Below are positions 46,229 to 57,000 of a stretch of DNA of 64,000 nucleotides, piece after piece. This DNA comes from a virus. The notes under the pieces are model-generated. The model ran no database searches. It was not told the origin of the DNA and saw nothing but the letters and a program-made list of their open reading frames with translations. A program made the position numbers and the translations under genes. The stretch is taken from IMG/VR virus record IMGVR_UViG_3300028706_000553, one strand, 5' to 3'. Each line of letters begins with the position of its first letter. Position 1 is the stretch's first letter.

Positions 46229-46944
46229 AAAAAAGCCTGTAGCCCCTCCAAGGCTACCTTGTCTTTTTTACCACATTTTTCGCACTGCCAAGATACTTCA
46301 TGTCTTAATTTAGGCATGGTATTAAAATAAGCAACAATCTTACCAAATTGATTTTGATTTAGACTGTAAATAAAATCTTCTAATTCTTGTTCGGTACTAT
46401 TTTTAATATCATGATATTCTTCTTTATCATATATTCCAGCAATACATGCTTTGGTAATTTGAAAGATAGAATCCATTTGAGATTCCTCTGCTGGTCTTGT
46501 CATTCTATCAATATCTGGATATCTTAATTGCACTGATATTTTATCATCAAGTTTAACCAGATCTTTATGGTCTTTATTAATATGTAATTTAATATCATTA
46601 CAATTAATTTCAACTTGTGTGGTGCCATTACACCCATCTTTTTCATCAGCTGTTGGGTGTCTCATCCCAACTGTTATCAATTCACCTACTGAGCGCGCTC
46701 GTAAATTTAAAAATAACATTTCAACATCAAATGCTGGTAGGTCATTTGTAACAAGATCCTCATCAAGGCAACAATTTTTAATAATTTGTTTAGTTGCAGT
46801 GACAATATCTTGCGTATCTCCACCTTCAAGTGCTGTTAATAAAATCTTTTCTTCTTTAACAAGAAAAGGTCTATATTTAACCGGCCTATCTACGCTATGT
46901 AATTTGATCGTATAGGTCGGATTATCTATTACTGGTAAACTCAT
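46222..46944 (-). CDS. gp26: Baseplate hub subunit (T4 gp26-like)
   Basis: MSLP....PTY, YRPFLVKEEKILL, DVEMLFLNLRARSVGE, FNTMPKL, CEKCG, EGLQAFF. Confidence 0.92.
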   Translation of the reverse strand: MSLPVIDNPTYTIKLHSVDRPVKYRPFLVKEEKILLTALEGGDTQDIVTATKQIIKNCCLDEDLVTNDLPAFDVEMLFLNLRARSVGELITVGMRHPTADEKDGCNGTTQVEINCNDIKLHINKDHKDLVKLDDKISVQLRYPDIDRMTRPAEESQMDSIFQITKACIAGIYDKEEYHDIKNSTEQELEDFIYSLNQNQFGKIVAYFNTMPKLRHEVSWQCEKCGKKDKVALEGLQAFFG

Positions 46945-46964
46945 AATATCTCCAATTCAATAAA

Positions 46965-47492
46965 TTATATCGTGGTCCATTTATGACATGCAAAGCTCAC
47001 ATTAAACTGACCAAGTGTGTTATTTGAATCCCATCCTAACGTGGTGGCATCAACGTTTATTGGGAATGTATCCATATATTTAGTACCTGTTGTTGCTTCT
47101 TCTTCACTAATCGATTCATTGGATTGATCAAATGCCAACACAGTTATATCGCCTTTATAATCATCAAAATATTTCATATTTCCGGTTTCAGTTGGAACAC
47201 AAAAATCCATCCATTTAATAAAAAAGTTTCTGGCTTCCCATGCATTAGTAATGATAAATTGTAATTGATATTCAGTGTAAGTATTTTCTCTTGCCATTTT
47301 ACGAACAGGGCCATAATGTTTCAAATCTGAAGTAGCTATTGTTCTCGCACCTAAGGGAGCCTGATTACAAAAGAAAGTAAGTCCTGCAGGCAAATGAACC
47401 TTACTCGGTGGTTTTATTTTCGCCACGAATCTATTCATTGGGGCTATACCACCCGCCTCATCCAATTTAGCTAAAAAATCTGTCGTATTCAT
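46965..47492 (-). CDS. Tail-tube-like / baseplate tail tube initiator (gp54/gp19 family)
   Basis: NRFVAKI, FFCNQAPL, FFIKWMD, YFDDYKGDI, DTFPINV..TTLGWD, FNVSFA..KW. Confidence 0.8.
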   Translation of the reverse strand: MNTTDFLAKLDEAGGIAPMNRFVAKIKPPSKVHLPAGLTFFCNQAPLGARTIATSDLKHYGPVRKMARENTYTEYQLQFIITNAWEARNFFIKWMDFCVPTETGNMKYFDDYKGDITVLAFDQSNESISEEEATTGTKYMDTFPINVDATTLGWDSNNTLGQFNVSFACHKWTTI

Positions 47493-48094
47493 AAGGTCCT
47501 TATCATTGCTTGACTATCCATCCAGACTTCAGATTTATCAGCTTTTCTAAAATCTTCAACAGGTAAATGTATTGCTGTAGCCCATTCATCAGCAGGAACA
47601 TGTATAAATGTGCCTGAAGAGTATGTTATATCGTATTTATGTATGGTTGGTTTAACTTCTTTATATCTAACAAAAGGTCTTATGTCGCTGTAAGAAATGT
47701 CTATATAAGTTCTTGAAGTATCCTCATTTAAATTAATCCGGACAATTAATTTTTTCATCAATGCTTCTCTTAAATGATGCGGCAGATAATGAAAATTTAT
47801 TCCTACAAAACCTCTTGACCAAGCTTCAATTGGAATAACTAACGGAAACCTATCATAATATTTTAATTTATTTTTATGCTTGGGATCATAGTTCATAAAA
47901 TACATATGACCCATTTGTATTCTGTTTTCGCCTCTAGCTAAACGAGCTTGTTCTCTGGTACCTTCTGATATAATTTTATATGGATCTTTAATTCCGCGCG
48001 ATCTACCGACGGTTAATTCCTGACGAAGGGTATTAAATTTATCCCTCAACCATACAATTGCTTCATCTGCTAGTTTTGTTAGTTTTAGTGCCAT
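47489..48094 (-). CDS. gp2: DNA end protector protein (T4 gp2-like)
   Basis: GHMYFMNYDPKHK..LKYYDRFPLV, GFVGINFHYLP, W.TAIHLPVEDF. Confidence 0.9.
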   Translation of the reverse strand: MALKLTKLADEAIVWLRDKFNTLRQELTVGRSRGIKDPYKIISEGTREQARLARGENRIQMGHMYFMNYDPKHKNKLKYYDRFPLVIPIEAWSRGFVGINFHYLPHHLREALMKKLIVRINLNEDTSRTYIDISYSDIRPFVRYKEVKPTIHKYDITYSSGTFIHVPADEWATAIHLPVEDFRKADKSEVWMDSQAMIRTL

Positions 48095-48097
48095 GTA

Positions 48098-48541
48098 TTA
48101 TTTAGATAATAATTGATCCTCGGTTAATATAACAAATTTCCAATTTTTCTTTTTGCAAACTGCACTTGCTGCTTTCCACTTTGCTTCATTAACCCCATAT
48201 CTTTTCATTTCTAATAAAAATCTACCAGTTTTTCGTTTTCTGCCGGTATCTTTAGGGGGAACAGTTTGTTTCTTAGGTTTTATTTCAATTAAGGAAATTT
48301 CTATAAGACCGTCATGTTTTTTAGTTTTTACCCAAAAGTCTGGATAGTATTTGTGTATTCTTCTATCAAGTGGGGATCTATATGGAATTACTACTTCTTC
48401 ACTAGCCCATTTAATAATACTTGGATTCTCATCACAATACACCATAAAGCGTCTTTCCCACAAACTTCTATAAATTATCTTAGTGGGATCACCTTTATAT
48501 TTGCTTCGATTTTTAGGTTTATACTTTCCTTTATAAGCCAT
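48098..48541 (-). CDS. gp4: Head completion nuclease (T4 gp4-like, TnsA-like)
   Basis: MAYKGKYKP.N..KYKGDPT.IIYRSLWER, WASEE, YYPDF, EIKP, NEAKWKAA. Confidence 0.93.
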   Translation of the reverse strand: MAYKGKYKPKNRSKYKGDPTKIIYRSLWERRFMVYCDENPSIIKWASEEVVIPYRSPLDRRIHKYYPDFWVKTKKHDGLIEISLIEIKPKKQTVPPKDTGRKRKTGRFLLEMKRYGVNEAKWKAASAVCKKKNWKFVILTEDQLLSK

Positions 48542-48551
48542 ATCAATTCGT

Positions 48552-48559
48552 TATAAATA
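48552..48559 (+). promoter_or_regulatory. T4-type late promoter for the gp48 operon
   Basis: TATAAATA exact match in the divergent intergenic gap. Confidence 0.8.
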
Positions 48560-48575
48560 ATTTAATATATTAGGC

Positions 48576-48583
48576 TATTTATA
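48576..48583 (-). promoter_or_regulatory. T4-type late promoter for the gp4-gp2-gp26 operon
   Basis: TATTTATA on the + strand is TATAAATA on the - strand. Confidence 0.8.
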
Positions 48584-48606
48584 CAAGAATAACAGGAATT
48601 TTTTAC

Positions 48607-49497
48607 ATGGCAATTTCAGACACAGAAAAAAATTTACAATATCCATCTGACTTAATGAAGACAACCGAACAACATTGGGTGGAGTTTACGGCCTATCCTG
48701 CGCTCTTTGGAGGAAAATATTCTCCAACATCAGATTTTTCAATAGCTCTTCCAATGAGTGCCCAAGCAATGATTAGTACTTCTGAAGCTATATACGCTGA
48801 ACAAGAGGGATTAGGAACCGTATTATCTGAAACGGCCGGTAAGGTTGCAGGTGGTTTAAAGCCATGGTTTACATCGGGCAAAGGCATAGAAAAAAATGTT
48901 GCAACTACTTTAGCTGGAATTACAAAGGATATGAATCAAAGTACTGGTGAAAGTGTAGCAGAACATGGCGTCGCACAAATGATAAGGAAAAATGATTTTT
49001 TAAAAAGAGCTGCCGGTGGTTTAAATGTTGCTATTAATCCTAAAATGTCTTTATTATATCAAGGACCTGGAAAGTTTAGAAAATTTACTTTTGAATTTCC
49101 CATGATAGCAAAATCAGCAGGTGAATCGGACATGATACAAGGTATTATAAAGAGATTTAGAATGGCAACATTACCAGGTTACACAGATTCTCATGTAACT
49201 AACGCCCAGACTTCTACGGGATCCGAAGCAAAAAGAGGAGCCGGATCAAACTTTTTTACATTTCCAAGTAAATTCAAAATTCATTTTGGTCACGGTGGAG
49301 GAACAGGAAGTTCGCTACAAGGGAAGGAAACACCCTTTAAAATAGCAGATAGTGTATGTAATGCTTGTGTGGTTAATTATGCCGCTGCCGGTATTCCATT
49401 CTTTTTTGAGAATAATCACCCGTTTGAAGTTAAGATGACCCTTACATTTACAGAAACAATAATTATGACCAAAGAGTTGGTCAATAATGGATTTTAA
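48607..49497 (+). CDS. gp48: Baseplate tail tube cap (T4 gp48-like)
   Basis: LQYPSD, INPKMSLLYQGP..RKFTFEF, FFTFPSKFKI, CVVNY, MTLTFTE. Confidence 0.85.
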   Translation: MAISDTEKNLQYPSDLMKTTEQHWVEFTAYPALFGGKYSPTSDFSIALPMSAQAMISTSEAIYAEQEGLGTVLSETAGKVAGGLKPWFTSGKGIEKNVATTLAGITKDMNQSTGESVAEHGVAQMIRKNDFLKRAAGGLNVAINPKMSLLYQGPGKFRKFTFEFPMIAKSAGESDMIQGIIKRFRMATLPGYTDSHVTNAQTSTGSEAKRGAGSNFFTFPSKFKIHFGHGGGTGSSLQGKETPFKIADSVCNACVVNYAAAGIPFFFENNHPFEVKMTLTFTETIIMTKELVNNGF

Positions 49498-50057
49498 TGT
49501 CTTATTTTAGTTATTTACCAAAAGTAGAATATAATATAACAAAAAGTAAATATTTTGAGACCTCAACTGCTGTTGATATATTTGTTAGAAATTTAATAAA
49601 ACAGAACGTTATAGATAAAGGCGTAACGTTTGATCTACATACTATTGGAGACGGTGAAAGACCGGATATAACATCATTCTTGATTTATGGAGATGTTAAA
49701 TATGATTGGATTATATTTTTAGCAAATAGGATGTTTAATCCTTATTTTGATTGGCCTTTGAGCAGTCAAGATTTTAGAAAATTACTTCAAAGTAAATATG
49801 GTACAGCTGAACGCGCAAGAAAAGTTATTCATGAATATCATCAAATTATACAGCCAGCAACAGATTCTGTAAGAGAAATAAAAGTTGTAGTTGATAATGA
49901 AACATGGTCATCTTTAAATGATTCGGAAAGAAGTCGAATAACAAAATATGATTATGAATTTAAAATAAATGAAAGAAATAGACAAATTAAAATAATTGAT
50001 AAACAATATATTGAAAGTATTTTTAAAGAAGCTCAATCAAAACGATATGGAACGTAA
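49497..50057 (+). CDS. gp53: Baseplate wedge subunit (T4 gp53-like)
   Basis: YFSYLP, GDGERPD, YGDVKYDWIIFLAN, DWPLS, NERNRQIKII. Confidence 0.9.
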   Translation: MSYFSYLPKVEYNITKSKYFETSTAVDIFVRNLIKQNVIDKGVTFDLHTIGDGERPDITSFLIYGDVKYDWIIFLANRMFNPYFDWPLSSQDFRKLLQSKYGTAERARKVIHEYHQIIQPATDSVREIKVVVDNETWSSLNDSERSRITKYDYEFKINERNRQIKIIDKQYIESIFKEAQSKRYGT

Positions 50058-50060
50058 AGT

Positions 50061-51851
50061 ATGGCGGGAAGAACAGATGCAGAAGAAACAGGGGAAGGGT
50101 ATGAATGGCATCAAACAGATAGAACTCCTACAACATCACCGGTAGAAGATAATTCCACTCAGGCAACTGCTCGGATTCCTGGTGACTATAAGGTTGAAAA
50201 GTTAGTTCTTTTGTCACCTAATATAGATGCAGAAATTGATTTAACACCGACTTTTGATACTATATCTATATTTGAAGATATAAGCACACCTTATTTATTA
50301 ATGGATTTGTCTATAGTGGAATCATACGGACTAAGAGAATTGATTCCTCTTATTGGTGAGGAATTTATTGAACTTGTGGCAGGCACTGCTGGTGTAACAG
50401 CAAAATCCGGTTCACCATCACAAAATAAATTTGATGGTATTATTAGTAAAGTCTTTAGAGTGACAAGCTTGTCACCGATAATATCAACATCTGAAAGAGT
50501 TAAAAATTATGTTATACATTGTGTTTCTGTAGAGGCAATTATTAATGAAAAAACTAGAATAAGTAGGGGATATAGAAAAAAGTCAATTGATCATGTTATT
50601 AAGGACATTTATAAAAAAAATATTGTTAAGCCTTTGGAGAATGAATATAGTAGTTATGTTGGAAAAGATAAAGTTAAACCATTAGTTATTGAACCAACCG
50701 AAGGTACTCATGATATTACGTTTCCTTTTAAAAAACCATTTGATATTTTTAATGATTTATCGGAAAAGGCTTTAACTCTTAATGAACCTGAAGAAGAAAA
50801 TGTTGCGCAAGCACGTGGTGATGTTCCACCGGCACGACAAGCAGGTGGTGCATTGTATATGTTTTATGAAACATTATCTAATTTTAGATTTGAAAGTTTA
50901 GAATCAGTTTTTAAACGGACCCCTAAGCGACATATATATGCAAAACCTAGTCCCTCAATCAGCGCAGATGATATCATAAATGGTTTTAATGTTTGCCTAG
51001 ATTATCAAATTGATGGGCTCTTTGATATTATTGATAACTTACGTGCCGGAATGTATGCTTCAAAATTAATAACTCATGATATGACACGGATGCGATATGA
51101 TATTACAGGTTATAGTTATGTTCTTAGAAATGATACACCTATTTCAATACCTGAACCTTCAACGGGCATAGAAACTGAAACACAATCCGGAAGCACAGAA
51201 CCAGAAGCATCTAAAAAGAAATTAGCAGATTTAACTTTGTCATTAGCTAGAACTGGTGCTGGCGGTAAATTATGTACAGATAAAAATGACCTTTTACATG
51301 ATAGTGATGATGGTGAACGTTGTAAAATAAAATTTATGGCTACGGATTTAAATCACGCTTATTTTTTTGAGGCGAATAGAAAAGATGCCGGAGGCCCTAA
51401 AGAAAAAGGAATAAAAGAAAGCAATCTTGAAAGAAGAGTACAATTAAGAGATTCACAATTACAACAATTAGATAACATTAAACTTACACTTAGAATGTAT
51501 GGTGATTCATCTTTAAGAGTTGGAGAAATTATAAACTTTTATGCTCCTTCTCAAACTTTGCAAGAAGGATCAGAACAAACAGCCGATGTATTTTTAAGTG
51601 GTAAATATATTATAACAAGAATTAAACATATTATTAATGCTGAACAATATCTGATGAATATTCAATGTAGAAAAGATGCTTGGTATTCTGATTTACCAGC
51701 GTTTGATCAAGCACTAAATGCATCTCGTTTACTTGGTAATACTTCTAAAGACGAAGCGAAGGCTAGGGCCTTAAACGTTAAAATCTCATCCGGTACAACT
51801 GATGCGAGCAATGCTCCAGATACAATTACGCCAAATGATGAAACCATATGA
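50061..51851 (+). CDS. Baseplate hub protein (gp27-like)
   Basis: IFEDI..PYL, LIPLIGEE, MFYET..FRFESL, GDSSLRVG, LSGKYIITRIKH; lies between gp53 and gp5. Confidence 0.7.
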   Translation: MAGRTDAEETGEGYEWHQTDRTPTTSPVEDNSTQATARIPGDYKVEKLVLLSPNIDAEIDLTPTFDTISIFEDISTPYLLMDLSIVESYGLRELIPLIGEEFIELVAGTAGVTAKSGSPSQNKFDGIISKVFRVTSLSPIISTSERVKNYVIHCVSVEAIINEKTRISRGYRKKSIDHVIKDIYKKNIVKPLENEYSSYVGKDKVKPLVIEPTEGTHDITFPFKKPFDIFNDLSEKALTLNEPEEENVAQARGDVPPARQAGGALYMFYETLSNFRFESLESVFKRTPKRHIYAKPSPSISADDIINGFNVCLDYQIDGLFDIIDNLRAGMYASKLITHDMTRMRYDITGYSYVLRNDTPISIPEPSTGIETETQSGSTEPEASKKKLADLTLSLARTGAGGKLCTDKNDLLHDSDDGERCKIKFMATDLNHAYFFEANRKDAGGPKEKGIKESNLERRVQLRDSQLQQLDNIKLTLRMYGDSSLRVGEIINFYAPSQTLQEGSEQTADVFLSGKYIITRIKHIINAEQYLMNIQCRKDAWYSDLPAFDQALNASRLLGNTSKDEAKARALNVKISSGTTDASNAPDTITPNDETI

Positions 51852-51876
51852 CACATAGTATAAGGATTGAAAGATA

Positions 51877-53907
51877 ATGGAAACTGACTTTATGGGCAAA
51901 GCTGGCTTTATTTGGGCCATCGGTGTTGTTGAGGATAGAAATGATCCTCTGTATCTAGGAAGATGTAAAGTAAGATACTTAGGTTGGCATACTAGAGATA
52001 AACAAGAATTACCAACAGTAGTATTACCTTGGTCATTTCCTTTAATGCCAATAACATCCGCTTCACAAACACAAGTTGGTACAAGTCCCACTGGCCCTGT
52101 TCCAGGAACTTGGGTTTTATCTTTTTTTAAAGACGGTCTAGATGCCACTGATCCAATTATGTTAGGAACATTGCCCGGTCGGCCTGATAAAGCATGTGAT
52201 CCACGTGATGGTTTTAATGATCCCCGAACTTGGCAGCCCAAACCATTTCAAGTAGATGACAACGGTGCGGTTATTGAAGGATCAGTTGAATTTAAAGATG
52301 TGCCCCAATTTCCATTAAAATTGAATCGGGTTAGGGATAAGGGCGTTGAAATTACAGAACGTACTGATGATCCTAATAAACATAAAGATAAAGATATTTG
52401 GGATTTTTCTTATAACTTTCCTAATATAAGATTTTTAAATGAACCTACTACTCCTAGATTAGCTAGGGGTTTGCAGGATACATCAGCTAAAATTCTTAAT
52501 AGAGTAAGACCAGGTCCTGGGCCTGCATCTGTAATGGTTGAAGGTAATGCAGAGTCTCCTTTACAAAATAGAAGAGATGTAAAGATGGGCAAATTTGGTA
52601 TTAGAGCTAGTGATTTTGCTGATAGGCCAACCTTCATGGAACCAGAGTCTGCATATGCCGCACAGTATCCTTATAATCATGTTCATCAGACTGAAAGTGG
52701 ACATGTTATAGAAATGGATGATACTCCAACTGCGGAAAGATTGTCTTGGACACATAGATCAGGTGCCTACCGAGAAATGGGACCAGCAGGTGATGTTGTA
52801 GATAAAGCAACCAGAGATGCGTGGTCCTGTGTTTTGAGAAACTCATATGAACAAATAAGTGGTAATAAATTTTCTTCGATAGATTATGGATATGAATTAG
52901 CTGTGGCCGCTACAGGAGGAAAAGAAGATTATTGGCTTAGAGTATGTGGTACTGGCGATGTTCATTTAGAAGCCGAAGAAGGTAACATTGAAATGTATAC
53001 TAAAAACGGCGTAACTTTTATAAATGCGAAGCGAATTGAATTTAATGCTAAAGAATATATTAGAATGTCTGCTCCGCGGATTCAACAAACAAAATTTCCA
53101 CGGAACAATCCGAGTTTAAATCCATCAGAAGCAGGAGATAAATCAGGACAGGAAGTCGAGGTAGCAGGAAATCAATCAGAAAATGTTGGCGGTGCGAAAA
53201 CAGTAAATGCTGGTCAAATTGGAATGAACACAATGGGACCTTTTACTACATCATGTCAAAGTGAATCAAAGAATATTTCTCATAGTTCAGAAACAACAGT
53301 TATGGGATTAAATATTCTTTTGGGTCAAGGTGCAGCCGGCTGGAGTACTGCAGTTCAAAATGGAATTATTAATTTAAGAAGTGCAGACGCCAAAGCTGGA
53401 ACAGGTGGAATTTTACTTCATTTAAATGAATTACCAGTTTCCAGTCCGTCATCGGCAAAGTCATCAGCGGTTGGTTATTTGTCTATTATGCCTACTGATC
53501 CAATCTCGTCGGAAATTGAATTAGCTTCGACATTTGGTAAAGTTTCTATGAAAAATAAATTCGGTGAAATAGCATTAGAAGAAGCCCCAATGGGAACCGG
53601 AGGAAATCTAAAACTAGAGACAAATGGTGTAGGCGCTGAGATGATGATGAAATCACCGATGGGAGGAATCAGTTTTGATGCAACGGGTAAGGTTAATATC
53701 TGGAATGAGGTAACTTCTTTAACGAACATAGTAAAAGTTCTCTTTAGACATCTTTTGGAACACACACACGGACATAATGATACTATTATGGGTACACCAA
53801 ACCCAATGGCCGTAACATTACCAAACGCGTTGCAACCATGGTATACAGACTTACTTACAGAACAGGCTAAACTAGATGGCTTTTTTGCGCAAAACAAGGG
53901 TTTTTAA
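51877..53907 (+). CDS. gp5: Baseplate central spike (gp5-like, no lysozyme domain)
   Basis: Gp5 OB-fold: GVVEDRNDPLYLGRCKVR, FFKDG..PIMLGTLPG; YPYNHV..TESGH..EMDDTP; C-terminal HTH. Confidence 0.88.
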   Translation: METDFMGKAGFIWAIGVVEDRNDPLYLGRCKVRYLGWHTRDKQELPTVVLPWSFPLMPITSASQTQVGTSPTGPVPGTWVLSFFKDGLDATDPIMLGTLPGRPDKACDPRDGFNDPRTWQPKPFQVDDNGAVIEGSVEFKDVPQFPLKLNRVRDKGVEITERTDDPNKHKDKDIWDFSYNFPNIRFLNEPTTPRLARGLQDTSAKILNRVRPGPGPASVMVEGNAESPLQNRRDVKMGKFGIRASDFADRPTFMEPESAYAAQYPYNHVHQTESGHVIEMDDTPTAERLSWTHRSGAYREMGPAGDVVDKATRDAWSCVLRNSYEQISGNKFSSIDYGYELAVAATGGKEDYWLRVCGTGDVHLEAEEGNIEMYTKNGVTFINAKRIEFNAKEYIRMSAPRIQQTKFPRNNPSLNPSEAGDKSGQEVEVAGNQSENVGGAKTVNAGQIGMNTMGPFTTSCQSESKNISHSSETTVMGLNILLGQGAAGWSTAVQNGIINLRSADAKAGTGGILLHLNELPVSSPSSAKSSAVGYLSIMPTDPISSEIELASTFGKVSMKNKFGEIALEEAPMGTGGNLKLETNGVGAEMMMKSPMGGISFDATGKVNIWNEVTSLTNIVKVLFRHLLEHTHGHNDTIMGTPNPMAVTLPNALQPWYTDLLTEQAKLDGFFAQNKGF

Positions 53908-53921
53908 ATAAAATAACTAAT

Positions 53922-54098
53922 ATGACAAATCAAACACAGTGGGAAAAAACAACACAATTAGTTCCTCATCCAAAGGTGTTAGAACTAATGAGCAAGTTAA
54001 AACAATTAAATGATCTCGAGACTAAATTGATGACAGAATTTAAAAATGCACTAGAAAAGCAAGCGCAAGAAGGGGATAATGGCGGAACAAGAAGCTGA
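53922..54098 (+). CDS. Small hypothetical protein (58 aa, not in the ORF track)
   Basis: MTNQTQWEKTTQLVPHPKVLELMSKLKQLNDLETKLMTEFKNALEKQAQEGDNGGTRS fills the gap between gp5 and the next gene. Confidence 0.55.
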   Translation: MTNQTQWEKTTQLVPHPKVLELMSKLKQLNDLETKLMTEFKNALEKQAQEGDNGGTRS

Positions 54099-57000
54099 TC
54101 TAGATCAGCTTCTTTCCCGGAAAATGGTGGAACAAGAAGCTGATGAGTGGTCCTCTAGAAATTTAGGAGATATAGGTTATCTAAAGCACTTTTTTGAAGT
54201 AGCAGCAAAAGGTCTGGAACTTCATAAGGAGAACGCGGCATTTATTAAGGAGGCTTATGAATTTAATAGGGCACTTGTATTTGCTAAGGTAGATCCATTA
54301 TTTGCAGCATTAGATAAAATTTTTCAAGAAATTTTAAAACTATTAGATGATCTCAGAGGTTTAGGTTTTTATTATCTACCTGTTCATTCAAAATCAATTG
54401 GTACATCTAATGAAGTACAAAGAAATCCTGTTACAGGTGGACTATTGATTGGGGGTACATATTATGCAAAAGCAACCGCCAGTGGCATACCCGGAGAATA
54501 CAAAAAAGCTAATGTTTTTCTAGGTGACACTCCAGCTACGGATAAAGAAACAGGTGAACAAATATACGTAAAAGATACAGCATGGGAAGATCCATTTGAT
54601 GCCGACGGCAACAGCACAGGAACAGAATTAACCTTAGAGAATGCTTTTGTATATGCTAATGAGAAGTTAGGTTTAACGCAATTATCTCCAACTGGTATTT
54701 TACAAACAATTGATAGATCTTTTGACGATAAAAATGATGTCCCTAAAGGTAATACGGCTTTTACAACCGATACATCACAATTATTGTCAGAAGATTATTA
54801 TCTATCAGGCCGGCCAATATTTTCAAATTCTGCAACGGTAGGTGGAATTATTATTATAATGGGAGCACCCTCTTTTGATAAATTTGGAGATATTTTAAAA
54901 ACATTTAATAAATTTATTAATTTAGAAAGTTTTAATCAGTTAGTAGCTGATGTTAAGAAAATACTCAATCCGCCTGTCGTACATAGAATAAAGTTATCTT
55001 GGGTAAGCACCAAAACTATTGATGTGGATAGTGAGTCACCGGATTTTAATACACCGCCTTCACTTTCTGATGCTCCCGGCAAGAAAACTTATATAGAAAA
55101 AGATGATACCGTAGGTTCATTTTACAAGCACGATAAGAACGAAGATGGAACATACAAAAGCAATAGAGTTTTGAAGGCTACGGTAGGCAAATCAATAGCC
55201 CGAGTCACTAAAGTTATAACGACTGAAAACATGGTAATTGAAGATAGAGAAACGCTAGGCCATAAAGCAGATACTCATAATACCAATTTAACAGAAACAA
55301 TGATTAAAAGGAATCATCAAGAAATAAAAATAGATAGAAATTTGGTTCCTTATCAAAATCAAGAATTGGAAATTGCATATATGTCACCCGGCATGGAATT
55401 TAAAAAAGGTGATATTATTGTAGAAGCGATACCCATGACGGACTCTGGAGGTACTCAAACCGCAACCGGAGATAAAATTGATCTTAATAAACAAAATGCG
55501 GGTGATCCAGGTAAAGACAATGATAAGGAATATGTTCAAGTCACTGAGGGTGAACTTATAGTCGGAAAAGTAGTGGATGAATTCTATGCAGATGCTTTAC
55601 CTGAAAAACCAGATTGGAGAGGTAAAAGATTAGAAGAATTAATTCCACCTTTAGGTTCAGTTTTAGATACTACTGAAGCACATGTAAGAAGTATATTCGC
55701 AACTATTAAAAACTATCAGGCCAGTCTAGATCCGATTATAAAATACTTAGATGGGAAAATGGATGAACTTACGGCATTCAGTAATGAAATTGAAGAATTA
55801 TTAGAATTATTTGCTGTAGGTATTCCCGCGCTTGGTATGTACACATTATACTTGAATCCCCAATTAGGGGGCACAGCTCGTTTCAGAGAAAGAATGATGG
55901 GTGCAGGAGGACCTGATAAGCCACCTGAAAATTTAAAATTTTGTGCCGGTGTTTGTTTTTTAGGTGGTGGACCAACAGGAGGACCATTAGTTAAATCTCT
56001 TGATTTTCTTGCGTTGATGCTAGGAATGAGAAAGCCGACAGAGGAAGAGGCAGTTGCGCAATCTAGATTGGAAGAATTGGCGACTCCGCTTTTTGATGAA
56101 ACAAAAACATATATGGCCGGAGATAAAATTTATTATAAGGGCGTTAATTATATTTGTTTAGTTAATTATACAACTGGCGAAGAACCTATAATAAAAGATC
56201 TGAATGATGAAAATGTGATTAATGCAGCATATTGGGAAAGACTAGGAGAAGCTGGAGTTAAGGATGAACAAGTTACAGTTGGAGATGCAAGAACTCCTGA
56301 AGAAATAAGAAAAGCCAAAATAGATTTTTTGAAAGATACTAAAAAGGCTTTAGGTGATATTTTAGTTAAATTAAATGGGGCTTCACCTGGTGCATCAAGT
56401 TTAAGAAAGAAGATTATGGATGTTCCTCTTTATGGAGCAATGGATCCACTGCAATCACCACCAGCGTTTATTTCATCTGGTGCAAATGAATCCACTTTTA
56501 ATGATCTTCTAAACTTAAGAGATATGGATTTAGAAGAGTTAGATTTATTGGTTTATAGAATCACAGAAATGTTGGTTTCAGTGGAAATTACAATGATTCA
56601 AGAAACACCAGATGTAGACACAGAACCTGGTAGTTTTAGATCAAAAGGGAAATCGTTACTTATTTTAAAAGGTGAATTTATAGATGAAGTTGATGATTTT
56701 GAAGGGGGACAAAGAAAGGTTAAACCAAATACAACTATTACTATTCTTGATCCTCTCAATCCAGGTTCTGGTTCAACAAGAACTGTAGAACGTATGTCAA
56801 ATACAACAGTGGCCGTTCTTAATGAACCATTTGAACCAGATATAGAAACTGCACTGGCTTATGATGTAATTTTAACTGATCAAAATGAAACTGAATATAA
56901 GTATAAGTCCGAATATAGAGCAAATAATACACACTATTATCATCCAGGATATAGATTACGTGAATTTGAAGCCAAGGCAAATACTATTTCAACTTATTCA

